Shown here in pieces: positions 11,523 through 21,576 of a DNA stretch of 64,000 nt. The notes beneath the pieces are model-generated. The model did not search any database and was not told the DNA's origin. It saw nothing but the letters and a program-made list of their open reading frames with translations. The DNA lies in the NCBI GenBank assembly GCA_026388185.1, contig JAPLKG010000014.1, forward strand, positions 276,319-340,318, read 5' to 3'. Both the position numbers and the translations under genes were made by a program. This stretch comes from Candidatus Eiseniibacteriota bacterium (GTDB lineage: Bacteria > Eisenbacteria > RBG-16-71-46 > JAFGJU01). Position 1 is the stretch's first letter, and each line of letters starts with the position of its first letter.

Positions 11523-11993
11523 TCAAACGAATAGGTTGATTCCTGATTCAGACGCCTCCGAAAGGTAAGTTGCGACGCCGGCCACGCGATCCACTTGTTC
11601 GACTAACTGGTCCTTGCTGATTCCCATCAGCTCCATCGTGGTTGTGCACGCGATCAGTTTGACACCGCTTTGCTCGGCGAGCGAAATCATCTCCTGAACG
11701 CCAGGCATTCTATATTGCTTCATTAACTTTTTCATCATGAACGGGCCTATTCCGAGCATGTTCAGTTTGGAAAGAGGGAGCTTGCGGGCGTCTGGAGGAC
11801 TCATCATGGAGAGCATCCTTCTGATAAGACCTTTGGCCCTCGACGGGGTGTTCGGACGTTTAAGGATATGGATACCCCAGAACGTGAAGAACATCGAGAC
11901 TTCCATGCCCATTGATCCCGCTCCGATGGCGATATTGAAAGCAGCCATCGCTTTGTCCATGTCGCCGCTGAAAACGACAAGTGTGACTTTCAT
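11523..11993 (-). CDS. DsrE/DsrF-like sulfur relay family protein
   Basis: Probable start MKVTLVVFSGDMDKA with AGGAGG RBS. Fold-family motifs. Sits between iscS and tusA. Confidence 0.6.
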   Translation of the reverse strand: MKVTLVVFSGDMDKAMAAFNIAIGAGSMGMEVSMFFTFWGIHILKRPNTPSRAKGLIRRMLSMMSPPDARKLPLSKLNMLGIGPFMMKKLMKQYRMPGVQEMISLAEQSGVKLIACTTTMELMGISKDQLVEQVDRVAGVATYLSEASESGINLFV

Positions 11994-12048
11994 CGAACCG
12001 CCTCCTTGAGCCTGAACTTGCGAACCGTCTCGTTGGCCTACCTGCCCG

Positions 12049-13242
12049 TCACGCCCCTGGGTCATTGCCCCTTTTCTTCTTCATGTCGCTGTAAAGCGGA
12101 CTCATCTCACGAAGCCTCTCGACTATTGGAGGGAAGACCTTCAAGAAATGCTCTACGTCCTCCGCGGTGTTTTCCCTGCCGAGCGAGAAGAGGAGAGAGC
12201 CCTGAGCCACGTCGGGCGGTACTCCCATGGCCGTCAAGACGTGAGACGCCTTCAATGCCTTCGAGCTACACGTGGAACCGCTCGACGCGGCAATTCCCTC
12301 CATGTTGAGAAATAGAACCATGGATTCGCCCTCTATGTACTGGGCGCAGATGCTCAAATGCCCGGGTAAGCGCCTTTCGGGGTGACCGTTCACGCGGACG
12401 AACTGGATGCGTTCTTTGATTCCAGCCTCCATCGTGTCGCGTAGTTTCTTGCAACGTTCCGCCGCCGGCCCCATTTCCTGCTCCGCCACTTCCACTGCCT
12501 TTCCCAGCCCGACAATCGCAGGCACGTTCTCGGTGCCGGCTCTCTTGCCGTCCTCCTGAACCCCGCCGTCAATGAACGGCGCAATCCTTACACCTTGCCT
12601 CACGTAAAGGGCCCCGACCCCCTTGGGTCCGTAACACTGGTGGCCCGCAAGGCTGAGAAGGTCTACACCCAGTTTGTTGACATTGACGGGAATGTTGCCG
12701 AAGCTTGCCACGGCGTCGGTGTGAAAAACGATGCCCCTCTCCCTTGCGATCTTTGAGATTTCTTCCGTGGGTTGTATGGTGCCCACTTCGTGGTTGGCGT
12801 GCATGACGGATATGAGGACGGTGGACGGCATGACGGCTCTTGCGACATCGTCGGGATTCACCAGCCCGTGGCCGTCTGTGGGTACGTAAGTAACCTGGAA
12901 GCCTTGTTTCTCGAGTTTTTTACAGGAGTGCAGAACCGCGTGGTGCTCGATGCTGCTTGTGACTATGTGGTTTCCCTTCTTTTGAGCCGCCGCTACCAGC
13001 CCCTTGATTGCAAAGTTGTCGGCTTCCGTCCCCGTTGACGTAAAGACAATTTCGTCCGGCCGTGCGCCGATGAAATCGGCCACACGCTTTCTGGCAGCCT
13101 CCACGGCCGCTCGCGCCTCTTGCCCGAAATCGTGCACACTGGAAGGGTTCCCGAACGTTTCACCCAAGAATGGAAGCATCGCCTCAACCACTCGAGGGTC
13201 GGTCTTTGTCGTTGCCGCGTGATCAAAATAGATCCGTTTCAT
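12049..13242 (-). CDS. iscS: Cysteine desulfurase (IscS/NifS family, PLP-dependent)
   Basis: MKRIYFDHAATT.., SSIEHHAV, SLAGHQCYGPKGVGALYV, SSGSTCSS active-site Cys region. Confidence 0.85.
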   Translation of the reverse strand: MKRIYFDHAATTKTDPRVVEAMLPFLGETFGNPSSVHDFGQEARAAVEAARKRVADFIGARPDEIVFTSTGTEADNFAIKGLVAAAQKKGNHIVTSSIEHHAVLHSCKKLEKQGFQVTYVPTDGHGLVNPDDVARAVMPSTVLISVMHANHEVGTIQPTEEISKIARERGIVFHTDAVASFGNIPVNVNKLGVDLLSLAGHQCYGPKGVGALYVRQGVRIAPFIDGGVQEDGKRAGTENVPAIVGLGKAVEVAEQEMGPAAERCKKLRDTMEAGIKERIQFVRVNGHPERRLPGHLSICAQYIEGESMVLFLNMEGIAASSGSTCSSKALKASHVLTAMGVPPDVAQGSLLFSLGRENTAEDVEHFLKVFPPIVERLREMSPLYSDMKKKRGNDPGA

Positions 13243-13465
13243 CTACTCTCACCTCCGCCTGGTCTTCTTGTGATTCTTACGGAGTCTACCAAAAACCGTG
13301 GACGTGTCAAGCGAGGGCTTGCGATCCAGGCGCCGGAAGACGCCCGCGCCGGGGGAAAATGTCGGCGAGGCGTCAACAAAGTTCTTGACCGTTCCAGAAT
13401 TAGTGTTATGTTTTTGAGAAACGTATGCACACCGGCAACGGCGGCTCGCAATTGTGGGGTCAGCT

Positions 13466-13891
13466 ATGAAGAAACCGTCTCATCTCATCAGGTTTGGCGT
13501 CTCGCTCGAAAGGGAGCTTCTCGCGCGGCTCGACTCGTTCGTCAGAGACAATGAGTTTCCGACGAGATCGGAGGCAATACGTGCCCTGATAAGAGAGAGG
13601 CTCGTCAGAAAAGAGTGGTTGTGCGGTAGGCAGGTGGTGGGTGCGATAGTGCTTGTGTATGACCACGGAAGACGCGAGATTCTCAACAAGATTACCCACG
13701 TTCAGCATGAGTTTCACGACAATGTGATCTCGACGCAGCACGTGCATCTTGATCGCGACAACTGCCTTGAGGTAGTCGTCGTGAAGGGCAGACCCAGAGA
13801 CGTGGACAGTCTCTACAAGGGGCTACAGTCGATTAAAGGTATCAAGCACATCAGTCTGAATACGGGGACCACGGGTCGCGGAATTCCATGA
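13466..13891 (+). CDS. nikR: Nickel-responsive regulator NikR (ribbon-helix-helix plus C-terminal metal-binding domain)
   Basis: LIRFGVSLERELLARLD..EFPTRSEAIRALIRE (RHH) and HVHLDRDNCLEVVVVKG (nickel-binding ACT-like domain). Directly precedes cbiMNQO. Confidence 0.8.
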   Translation: MKKPSHLIRFGVSLERELLARLDSFVRDNEFPTRSEAIRALIRERLVRKEWLCGRQVVGAIVLVYDHGRREILNKITHVQHEFHDNVISTQHVHLDRDNCLEVVVVKGRPRDVDSLYKGLQSIKGIKHISLNTGTTGRGIP

Positions 13892-13986
13892 TTGTGCAGT
13901 GTAGGTCTCGCGCGAGCGGGGACGGCGGCTGATAGATAGCCGGTCATGCGCCGGCGAGGACGGTGGAATTCCCGGAGGACTTCTTC

Positions 13987-14631
13987 GTGCACATTCCAGA
14001 CGGTTTTCTTGAAGCGAAGGTGTGGGTGCCTGCTTGGGTGCTGGCGGCCGGGGCAATGGGACTCTGCTCCAGAAAGGCCGGCCGGGCTCTTGGCGACAAA
14101 AAGATTCCTGTCATGGGAGTCACGGCGGCGTTCATCTTTGCCGCGCAGATGCTCAATTTTCCGATAGCCGGGGGTACTTCCGGTCATCTTCTTGGCGGCG
14201 CAATAGCCGCAACACTATTAGGACCGTACGCAGGATTCATGGTCATCACGGTCGTGCTCACGGTTCAATGCCTCGTATTTCAGGATGGAGGTCTCACCAC
14301 GCTCGGCGCGAACATCATGAACATGGCATTTGTAGGTACCACGTGCGTCTACCCGATCATAAGGGTGAGTAGCTCCGTGATGCGCAGGAGAGCGGGAGTT
14401 GTTCTCGGGGCTTCGCTGGCAGCGTGGGTCTCTGTCGTGGCAGCTTCCTTTGGCTGCTCTCTTGAGCTTGCGCTGTCTGGAAGGGCTCCGATCGCCGTGG
14501 TCGTGCCTGCCATGGTGGGTGTCCATTCCGTGATAGGGATCGGAGAGGCCCTGATAACGGGATTCTTTGTCGGATTCCTGCTCAAGACAAGGCCCGATCT
14601 TGTGATGAGCGGGACAACGGCAAATCGCTAG
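13987..14631 (+). CDS. cbiM: ECF transporter substrate-specific component CbiM/NikM (probable GTG start giving MHIPDG)
   Basis: VHIPDGFL N-terminus and 7-TM profile. GGAGG lies 10 nt upstream of GTG 13987. Confidence 0.8.
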   Translation: MHIPDGFLEAKVWVPAWVLAAGAMGLCSRKAGRALGDKKIPVMGVTAAFIFAAQMLNFPIAGGTSGHLLGGAIAATLLGPYAGFMVITVVLTVQCLVFQDGGLTTLGANIMNMAFVGTTCVYPIIRVSSSVMRRRAGVVLGASLAAWVSVVAASFGCSLELALSGRAPIAVVVPAMVGVHSVIGIGEALITGFFVGFLLKTRPDLVMSGTTANR

Positions 14632-14651
14632 CGCGCTTCAGGGGGAGAGCG

Positions 14652-14954
14652 ATGTCGGAACGAAAGGTTCTAGTTTTGTCGTTCGTCGTTTCGCTGGTCC
14701 TTGCCGGTCTTGTGTCTCCTTACGCTTCACGGTTGCCCGACGGACTGGAGAGGATTGCCGGTGACCTGGGATTCATCGACAGAGAGCGCGCGCTCCTTCG
14801 CTCGCCCGCTCCCGATTACTCTTGGCAAGGTTTACTTCTTGGAAAACTACCCGCGTCTCTCGCCGGAATAGCGGGTGCAGCACTCGTGTTTGCGGCCGCC
14901 GCTCTACTCGGAAAGGTCCTGACCGCGGCGGAGTTGAAACACGAGACGCGTTGA
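14652..14954 (+). CDS. PDGLE-domain small membrane protein (CbiN/NikL-like accessory component)
   Basis: 100 aa, two TM segments, PDGLER motif. Confidence 0.6.
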   Translation: MSERKVLVLSFVVSLVLAGLVSPYASRLPDGLERIAGDLGFIDRERALLRSPAPDYSWQGLLLGKLPASLAGIAGAALVFAAAALLGKVLTAAELKHETR

Positions 14955-14984
14955 TCGCTAACAACGATTGTCAGCAAGAGACGT

Positions 14985-15761
14985 ATGGATCTTTTCGCGA
15001 TCGACAGATACTGCGGCTTGACGAGTCCGATCCACAGGCTGAATCCAGTCGTTACCCTGGTCTCATTCCTGACCTTTGTGGTTGTCGTAGTTCTTGTACC
15101 GGTGCGCGAATTCGCCCCGTTACTGGCGGCCCTGTTCAGCCTGTCGTGTATCGCGCTTGTTTCGAAAGTTCCTCTTCGCTTCATCCTCAGGAGGAGTCTT
15201 GCGATAGTTCCCTTTGCGATTGCAATCGGTGCATTCAATCTGCTCGGGAGGGGTGTGGACCTCATGATTCATCACTCCGCCTCGGGTTCTTCTGCCCTTG
15301 ATTCCGCCGGGGTTCCCGCGTTCCTGAACGTGGTGCTGAAGTCGTTTGTCTGCGTTCTGGGCATGACTATTCTCGTCAGCACGACGGGCAGTGCCAATCT
15401 ACTGAATGCCATGCGCAAGATAGGTGTCCCGGAAGGATTGACGGCGGGAACCTGTTTTCTCTCCAGGTACGCTTACGTTGTTGCGGACGAGCTATTCAGA
15501 ATGAAGAGATCGAGAGACTCTCGACGGGCGGGCAGCTTACCGTGGATTGCGGAATTGCGTTTCGTGGGCTCGCTGGTCGGCGTGCTGTTCATTCGGTCTT
15601 ACGAGCGAGCCGAGCGTGTCCACGTGGCCATGTGTTCACGCGGGTTCGATGGAACCGCCGTCGTTTCGACTCAATTCAGGACTTCGAGAAGAGACGTCTT
15701 GTTTCCTCTGTTTCTTCTAGGGCCCCTTCTACTGATACTTCTGATTTCGAATCTGATCTGA
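14985..15761 (+). CDS. cbiQ: ECF transporter transmembrane (T) component CbiQ
   Basis: 258-aa multi-TM protein in the canonical position between CbiM/N and CbiO. Confidence 0.7.
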   Translation: MDLFAIDRYCGLTSPIHRLNPVVTLVSFLTFVVVVVLVPVREFAPLLAALFSLSCIALVSKVPLRFILRRSLAIVPFAIAIGAFNLLGRGVDLMIHHSASGSSALDSAGVPAFLNVVLKSFVCVLGMTILVSTTGSANLLNAMRKIGVPEGLTAGTCFLSRYAYVVADELFRMKRSRDSRRAGSLPWIAELRFVGSLVGVLFIRSYERAERVHVAMCSRGFDGTAVVSTQFRTSRRDVLFPLFLLGPLLLILLISNLI

Positions 15762-15831
15762 CGGGCTGGTTTCGGAGTGATCACGCCGGCCACGGAGTTA
15801 GCACAAGGAATCAGCAGACGAGAGTCACATA

Positions 15832-16587
15832 ATGCGCCCCATCATACAAATATCCTCGCTCTCTTTCGCCTATCCTGACGGAACCAGCGCTCTCGACGGC
15901 GTTTCTCTTGACATATTCGAGGACGAGTGTCTGGGTCTTGTTGGGCCGAACGGCGCCGGGAAGACAACGCTCTTGCTTCACCTCAACGGCATTCTGTCTG
16001 GAAGCGGTAAAGTCACGATCGATGGTCTGGAGGTGTGTGACAAGAACTTGCGTGAAGTCAGGCAGAGAGTCGGAATTGTGTTCCAGGATCCCGACGATCA
16101 GCTTTTCAGTCCCACTGTTTTCGACGACGTGGCGTTCGGGCCGCTCACAATGAGGCTCGCCAATCCGGAGGTTCTTTCGCGCGTGAACTGGGCCTTGAAC
16201 GAAGCCGGCCTTGCCGGGCTCGAGAAGAAGGCGCCACATCATCTGAGCTTCGGCCAGAAGAAAAAGGCTTCGTTAGCTTCTGTTCTTTCCATGCGACCAA
16301 GAATCATTGCCCTCGACGAACCTACGAGCAATATGGACCCGCGCAGCAGGAGGAGGTTTCTCCAGCTCATAAAGGCGCTGAAGGCTACGAAGGTTCTCTC
16401 GACTCACGACATGGAGAGCGTGAGTGAATTGTGCAGTAGAGTCGTTGTGCTCGATTCCGGCAGGGTGGTCGCCGACGGGAACACGCAATCCGTTCTCTCG
16501 AATAGAGAACTCATGGAATCTCACGGCCTGGAAGTCCCGCGCAGCCTCTGGTGCCCGCCACGACATTCACCTGACGTGCCACACTAG
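15832..16587 (+). CDS. cbiO: ECF transporter ATPase CbiO
   Basis: Walker A GPNGAGKTT, ABC signature LSFGQKKKASLA, Walker B IALDEPTSNMD. Confidence 0.85.
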   Translation: MRPIIQISSLSFAYPDGTSALDGVSLDIFEDECLGLVGPNGAGKTTLLLHLNGILSGSGKVTIDGLEVCDKNLREVRQRVGIVFQDPDDQLFSPTVFDDVAFGPLTMRLANPEVLSRVNWALNEAGLAGLEKKAPHHLSFGQKKKASLASVLSMRPRIIALDEPTSNMDPRSRRRFLQLIKALKATKVLSTHDMESVSELCSRVVVLDSGRVVADGNTQSVLSNRELMESHGLEVPRSLWCPPRHSPDVPH

Positions 16588-18158
16588 TATTCAGGGCTCT
16601 CGAACGGGTCGTTGATGTACGGATGACGCCTAAAATTGGGAGGAATTTCCTTGCCCGTAGGATCCAGCGGGGGGGCTCCTCCTCGCCAGAATGCTTCTGC
16701 GCCCTCACGCAAAATTTTTCTGGGAGTGCCCATCCCGCTGTAGTTGAAGCAATTCCACAAGGCGACAGTCATGCCCAGGAATCGGCCGTCCTTGTCCGCA
16801 ACATACTTGCCGAAGTTGTTTGTCGCTTGAAGGTCGTTGTACGTGCAACCAACCACGCGGAAACCCTTTGAGAGCAAATAGTCAACCGTGGGGAAATCCG
16901 GCTTCCGCTGCTTGTAATGCGCGTCCACGAGGATTATGTCTTTTGGCAGAGAATCTATCAGGGCATACGTATTACCGAGGAGTCCGTTGCAGTTGTCTTG
17001 CCCCTGAAACTGGGTAGAGCTAAGCAGCATGCCTGCCCACATCATCGTCTGCACATTCTTCTGCTCGAGGTACGCGTGGATCTCTCGGATGTCGCTCAAG
17101 AATAGCTTGGCTGCCTTCTCCTTCGGCATGTTCGAGAACGCCCGAATCTCGTCGTGCCCGATATGCATGTATTTGGGCTCGAATATCTCCAAGATCTCGT
17201 CGATGATTCCGAAGAGTCTCGCGTACACCTTCGGATTGGACGGGTCGTACGTGTTCTTGTCCAAACACAGATCCGGATAGGCTGGACAGAGCAGGACGTC
17301 CTGGTGACTGAAGGTATCTATCAGGGGGATCACTTCGAACCCCGCCGCACGTGCGTATTCTACGAGGGCTCTGAGCGTGTCCCTTGCGAGAGCATCGGTT
17401 CTTCCCACTCCCGGGGCTGAATTGAATTTGATTGCGTCGTCCACCTGGACAATCATGGTGTTCATGTGCAGCATCTCTGCCATGTCGATGACCGCTCTTG
17501 CATCCCACACTTGCTCACGAAATCTGTAGCCGCGAAGCGGGAGCAAGAACGCTCGCATGCTTGCGGACGGGAAATCAACGATCTCGATCGGAGGAACTAC
17601 AGATGTTGCGGTGTAAGCGTCTATCGAAATAACCTGAAGCAGAGTCTGCGCGCCGCACTTGAGTCCTTGGATGCCATTTCCTATCAGACACGTCCTGCCG
17701 GGGCTCACCGAGAGAACGTAACTCTGCTCCGGAGAGCTACCGAAGTCCGCAGTCGAGAGTGACGGAACAAGACCTTTCAACGCTGCGTTACTAGCGAGGC
17801 CGACCACGATCGCGTTTTTCTCCGGGATCAGATCTGTCACCATCATTTCGGGGTTGACTCCGTGCAACTTGTAGAGGCCTTGCTTGAGCCAGGCTGCGAT
17901 GTTGCGCTCTTCCTGCGAGGAAGTGGTCGGGAGGATGATGACTGTCGTGGCGGTGAGCGTAAACGCCTCGCTAATCTTCCATTTCAGCTGGATAGGTTCC
18001 GGCACGGCGAGCGCCCGCATGGAACTCGAGGCGGGAAGCCACCTTTGGGCGAATCCGTTGCCGGCACACGCAGCCACGAGTATCGAAGTCAAGAGCACGA
18101 TCGCGGTTCCGGAAGCGACTCTGGTTCCAGTTTTCAAGGCCATCCTCCTCGTTGCCAT
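16584..18158 (-). CDS. Secreted glycoside hydrolase, GH20 (beta-N-acetylhexosaminidase)-like
   Basis: Signal peptide. TIM-barrel-like region with YMHIGHDEI resembling the GH20 H-x-G-G-D-E catalytic motif. Confidence 0.45.
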   Translation of the reverse strand: MATRRMALKTGTRVASGTAIVLLTSILVAACAGNGFAQRWLPASSSMRALAVPEPIQLKWKISEAFTLTATTVIILPTTSSQEERNIAAWLKQGLYKLHGVNPEMMVTDLIPEKNAIVVGLASNAALKGLVPSLSTADFGSSPEQSYVLSVSPGRTCLIGNGIQGLKCGAQTLLQVISIDAYTATSVVPPIEIVDFPSASMRAFLLPLRGYRFREQVWDARAVIDMAEMLHMNTMIVQVDDAIKFNSAPGVGRTDALARDTLRALVEYARAAGFEVIPLIDTFSHQDVLLCPAYPDLCLDKNTYDPSNPKVYARLFGIIDEILEIFEPKYMHIGHDEIRAFSNMPKEKAAKLFLSDIREIHAYLEQKNVQTMMWAGMLLSSTQFQGQDNCNGLLGNTYALIDSLPKDIILVDAHYKQRKPDFPTVDYLLSKGFRVVGCTYNDLQATNNFGKYVADKDGRFLGMTVALWNCFNYSGMGTPRKILREGAEAFWRGGAPPLDPTGKEIPPNFRRHPYINDPFESPEY

Positions 18159-18499
18159 GTCTTGATTGCGATGTCATCGTCGTCGAAGTGCCCGTGCGAT
18201 TGCCACGGCCTGGTCGGCCCGGCGTCCCCGCAACAAACGCGTTTGCCGGAGTGCATGTGGGACGATTTCATCAAAGAGTGTATAGGTGCTCCGATCGGAA
18301 GTCAATCAGCTCGTCACAGTAGAATGGGACGTCTCCTAACTGCGTCGACATGATTCGTCACCTCTGTTGACGCATGGCGCCTTTGCTGTTATCATGGCGC
18401 TTCACTTAGTGGAAACGCCGAGAAGAGCGGGTGGTGACACATAAACTTGACAGATTGTTTCAGATACGGGTCACGACCTGTCGAAAGGAGGGAGGACAA

Positions 18500-19027
18500 A
18501 TGCGTGTGCTCGTTATCGCTATTGTGGTTGCTTCTTTGACCAGTCTCGCTGCTGTGTGTTCGGCTCAGGACTATTCTGATTGGAGCGTAACCGGCAGTGG
18601 TGGGGACAAGAATTACAGCATAGGGTTTCAGCTCGGACTTCCCCTCGTGGCCGGAGTGGACATTTCCGGGCAGCTCAACCAGCGGTTCAGCGTGAGCCTG
18701 GGTTTTGGATTTGTGCCCGATCTCATTGCCCTGGGCGGCCAACTGCGAATGAACGTCCTTGAGCCCGGTCCAGACAAGATAGTTCCCATTGTCGGCGTCG
18801 GACTCAACCAGTACTGGCTCGAAGACGACGGAGAAAATACCGATGCCGTGGCGGCTCATCTTCTTGTCGGAGGCCAGCGCATGTTTGGTTCGAATTACGC
18901 TTTAGGTCTGCACCTGGGTTACATTGCAACCCTCAGCGAGAGCACTGCGTCTCATGTTAGCGTGTGGGGAGTGAACGACGACATGTCTAAGCTCTTCTTG
19001 GGAGTTGAGGGACGCTACTTCTTCTAA
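18500..19027 (+). CDS. Small outer-membrane beta-barrel protein
   Basis: GGAGG RBS, signal peptide MRVLVIAIVVASLTSLAAVCSA, alternating amphipathic strands, C-terminal GVEGRYFF. Confidence 0.6.
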   Translation: MRVLVIAIVVASLTSLAAVCSAQDYSDWSVTGSGGDKNYSIGFQLGLPLVAGVDISGQLNQRFSVSLGFGFVPDLIALGGQLRMNVLEPGPDKIVPIVGVGLNQYWLEDDGENTDAVAAHLLVGGQRMFGSNYALGLHLGYIATLSESTASHVSVWGVNDDMSKLFLGVEGRYFF

Positions 19028-19075
19028 TGGGAAACAGTGCGGTGACACTTTCTTGACAAACGAAAGGAGACGAAG

Positions 19076-19525
19076 ATGAAAGGGACAAGGGCTGTAATCA
19101 TCATGATAATCGTGTTCGTCGTGGCCCTTTTTCTTGGCTTCATGATGGGTTCAAAGCGCGTGTCCGACGTCACGAAGGAACTCAATGCTCTCAAGACAGA
19201 GTTCAAGACCAAAGTCGCCACGCTCGAAGAGAACCTCGCAACGGCCAAGGCACAGAAGGAACTCTCCGTCTGCAAGTGGGAGCTTGTGCAAGTCAGAACC
19301 AACGCATCAGCGCGGAATTTCGGCAAGGCCACAGAATCTCTTTCTGTCGCGAAGGGAGCGTTAGACAAGGCCGTTTCCATATCATCTCCCAAGTTTTTTG
19401 CCAGGCTTGCCCCTCTTCAGCCGGCACTTGAAGAGATCAAAGTCGATCTTGATAAGAACGACGTGAAGGTTGTCGGGAAGGTGGAGGGAGTGATAGCCCA
19501 GCTCGATACGATCATATCCGAATGA
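19076..19525 (+). CDS. Membrane-anchored coiled-coil hypothetical protein
   Basis: N-terminal TM helix, Lys/Glu-rich heptad-like remainder. RBS present. Confidence 0.4.
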   Translation: MKGTRAVIIMIIVFVVALFLGFMMGSKRVSDVTKELNALKTEFKTKVATLEENLATAKAQKELSVCKWELVQVRTNASARNFGKATESLSVAKGALDKAVSISSPKFFARLAPLQPALEEIKVDLDKNDVKVVGKVEGVIAQLDTIISE

Positions 19526-19554
19526 AATTCGCTCGGGTTACCGGGGGAGGCGCT

Positions 19555-20595
19555 CTAGGCCAGCGGAGAGACGAATAGCATGAGCCACTCTTTGAGGCTC
19601 AGTCCGAATGCCTCTTTTCCATAGCGTGTGGCGCAGACTGTCTTTATGTTGCTGAACTGTCTGCCTGTACTCACGGCGTGTTTCTTTAGCCTCAACGCAA
19701 ATTCAATCGCCTCCCCCGAGAACATCGTTTCTCTAAAACCCCCCAGTCTGCGAAAGGCGCTTTTTCTTACGAACATCACCCCCAGGCTGACGCCGTTGAG
19801 CCTCAGCGGAAGGCGGGAGATCATCGCCGCGAGTCTTGAACTCAGGCTCCCATCCTCTGACGCCACATTTGTCCCGCCTCCAAGTGACTTTCTGTTGGCA
19901 GTTGCCTGAAGAATACGACAGAGAGACCCTTTCTTGGGCATCAGGTTCGGTCTGAGAAGAACCAGAATCTTTCCCCTGGCAACGCTTGCTGCGGCGTTGA
20001 TTGCCGCCGCGCAATTCGGGAGGTTTCTGGACACAATTTTGGCATCGAATTCCTCCGCCGAGGCAAAGTAGGTAAGTGAGGCGGAGCGAGTGATCCGGTC
20101 CGAGCCTTTGATTGAGGTCGACGTGGCAACGAGGGCGGCCCCGGCCGCTAGAGTGGAATCGCCGGCCCCAATGGAGTCCGTGGACTCGGAGCCGTATGCA
20201 GCCACGATTATCTCTGCCTTTCTTCCAAGCGTTCGAGAGAGTTCCTCTCCTGCTTCAGCGAGCAGTTCCAGCGTCCGCAGCAACTCCCTTGAGCAACTAG
20301 TCGCAGCCACGATGACAGACAGGGCTGGCCTGGACTCTGGCAGTGCATTCTGCAATGGACGTCGCGGTTTGGGCTGAAGGGCCACCGACTCGGTGTCGAG
20401 GTCTTCGAGCAATGCTTCAATCGTATCGTTAAGAATGGCAGCCAATAGCGCAGACCTCCTTAGCAATGCGACAACCGGGCCCCGCGCACTAGGCAGAGCA
20501 GGGCCGACATGTATTTTGGATTGCAATAGACGTGCCAGAGGCAAAGCCGGGGTTAAGCGATCGTCCGGGCATGGTGCAGCGGGGCGATTATCCAT
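19555..20595 (-). CDS. Hypothetical protein, weakly GT-A glycosyltransferase-like. Start uncertain.
   Basis: ORF only. SVIVAA.. segment reminiscent of GT2 N-terminus. No firm motif. Confidence 0.3.
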   Translation of the reverse strand: MDNRPAAPCPDDRLTPALPLARLLQSKIHVGPALPSARGPVVALLRRSALLAAILNDTIEALLEDLDTESVALQPKPRRPLQNALPESRPALSVIVAATSCSRELLRTLELLAEAGEELSRTLGRKAEIIVAAYGSESTDSIGAGDSTLAAGAALVATSTSIKGSDRITRSASLTYFASAEEFDAKIVSRNLPNCAAAINAAASVARGKILVLLRPNLMPKKGSLCRILQATANRKSLGGGTNVASEDGSLSSRLAAMISRLPLRLNGVSLGVMFVRKSAFRRLGGFRETMFSGEAIEFALRLKKHAVSTGRQFSNIKTVCATRYGKEAFGLSLKEWLMLFVSPLA

Positions 20596-20744
20596 TCGCG
20601 TCGCGACGAGGAATCTCTGGGGAGCGATTCGACAGTCCGGTCAGAGCAGAGAATATCACGAGGGGGATTCGGCAATCGTGTTAAGATGAGAACTACGCGG
20701 CGGGCAATTCGTCGACTCCGGAGCCATCTTGACAGGAGGGGGGC

Positions 20745-21200
20745 ATGACAATTCAAGAGCCGTTCGAACACATCGAGAATGCGAGAATCTTGCTTCTTCA
20801 AGCCGCCCAGGAGGTTGACAGAGAATGCTTCTTGAACAGGCAGAAGGGCATGAGTTCGATACGAGATCTTCTCGTTCATCTCATGGATGCGGAAGACTAC
20901 TGGATCGGCTCCGTAGTCTGTGGCGAAAAACGACAGAAGTTCCTCCCCGAGAAATATGAAGACGTTGCTGCGCTCCAGGCAAATTGGGACAGAATTCACG
21001 GCCGCACCCAAAAACTCGTCTCTGACATCGCGAGCGGACTCCTCTCAGAACAAACGACCGTGCGGTGGGAAGGGGAGAGGGTGCTCGACTTGGGCACGGT
21101 CTTTCTGCACGTGTTTACCCACGAGCTTCACCATCGCGGCCAGATCTGCCTCTTGATGAGGCAGCAAGGATACGAGCCGCCCTACGTGGACTTGCTTTAA
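20745..21200 (+). CDS. DinB/YfiT-family (DinB_2) metal-dependent hydrolase-like protein
   Basis: Four-helix-bundle His motifs LVHLMDAEDYW and HVFTHELHHRGQI. Confidence 0.6.
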   Translation: MTIQEPFEHIENARILLLQAAQEVDRECFLNRQKGMSSIRDLLVHLMDAEDYWIGSVVCGEKRQKFLPEKYEDVAALQANWDRIHGRTQKLVSDIASGLLSEQTTVRWEGERVLDLGTVFLHVFTHELHHRGQICLLMRQQGYEPPYVDLL

Positions 21201-21576
21201 GAAAGTTGTTGACTTTGTGACCTCGGTGTGCTATCTTACGAAGGCAAGAGCAAGGAAACGAGCTGACGAGGTTACCGAAAGGCCCTGTTCTTCTTGTTAC
21301 AGCAGCTTTAGCGCGGCCGAATAGCTTTCCGGCCTCCCGCCAGTTTGATTACAGTTCATGAAGTGAGACGAACATGACTCCAGCTGAGATTCCGAGCCGA
21401 GACTCGATGCCCGGAGTTTGGGGATTCTCCGTCCGTCGTTGCTTGCTGTACGTGTTCTTCCAGCCCCCTCGCCGGATTGCATCATGTTAGCCTTTCATGG
21501 CGGGTCCCTTGCCGCTGATATCTTAGGGCCGAACTTACTGACATTCGGGTGATTCAGAGGAAAGCCCTGAAGGCAG

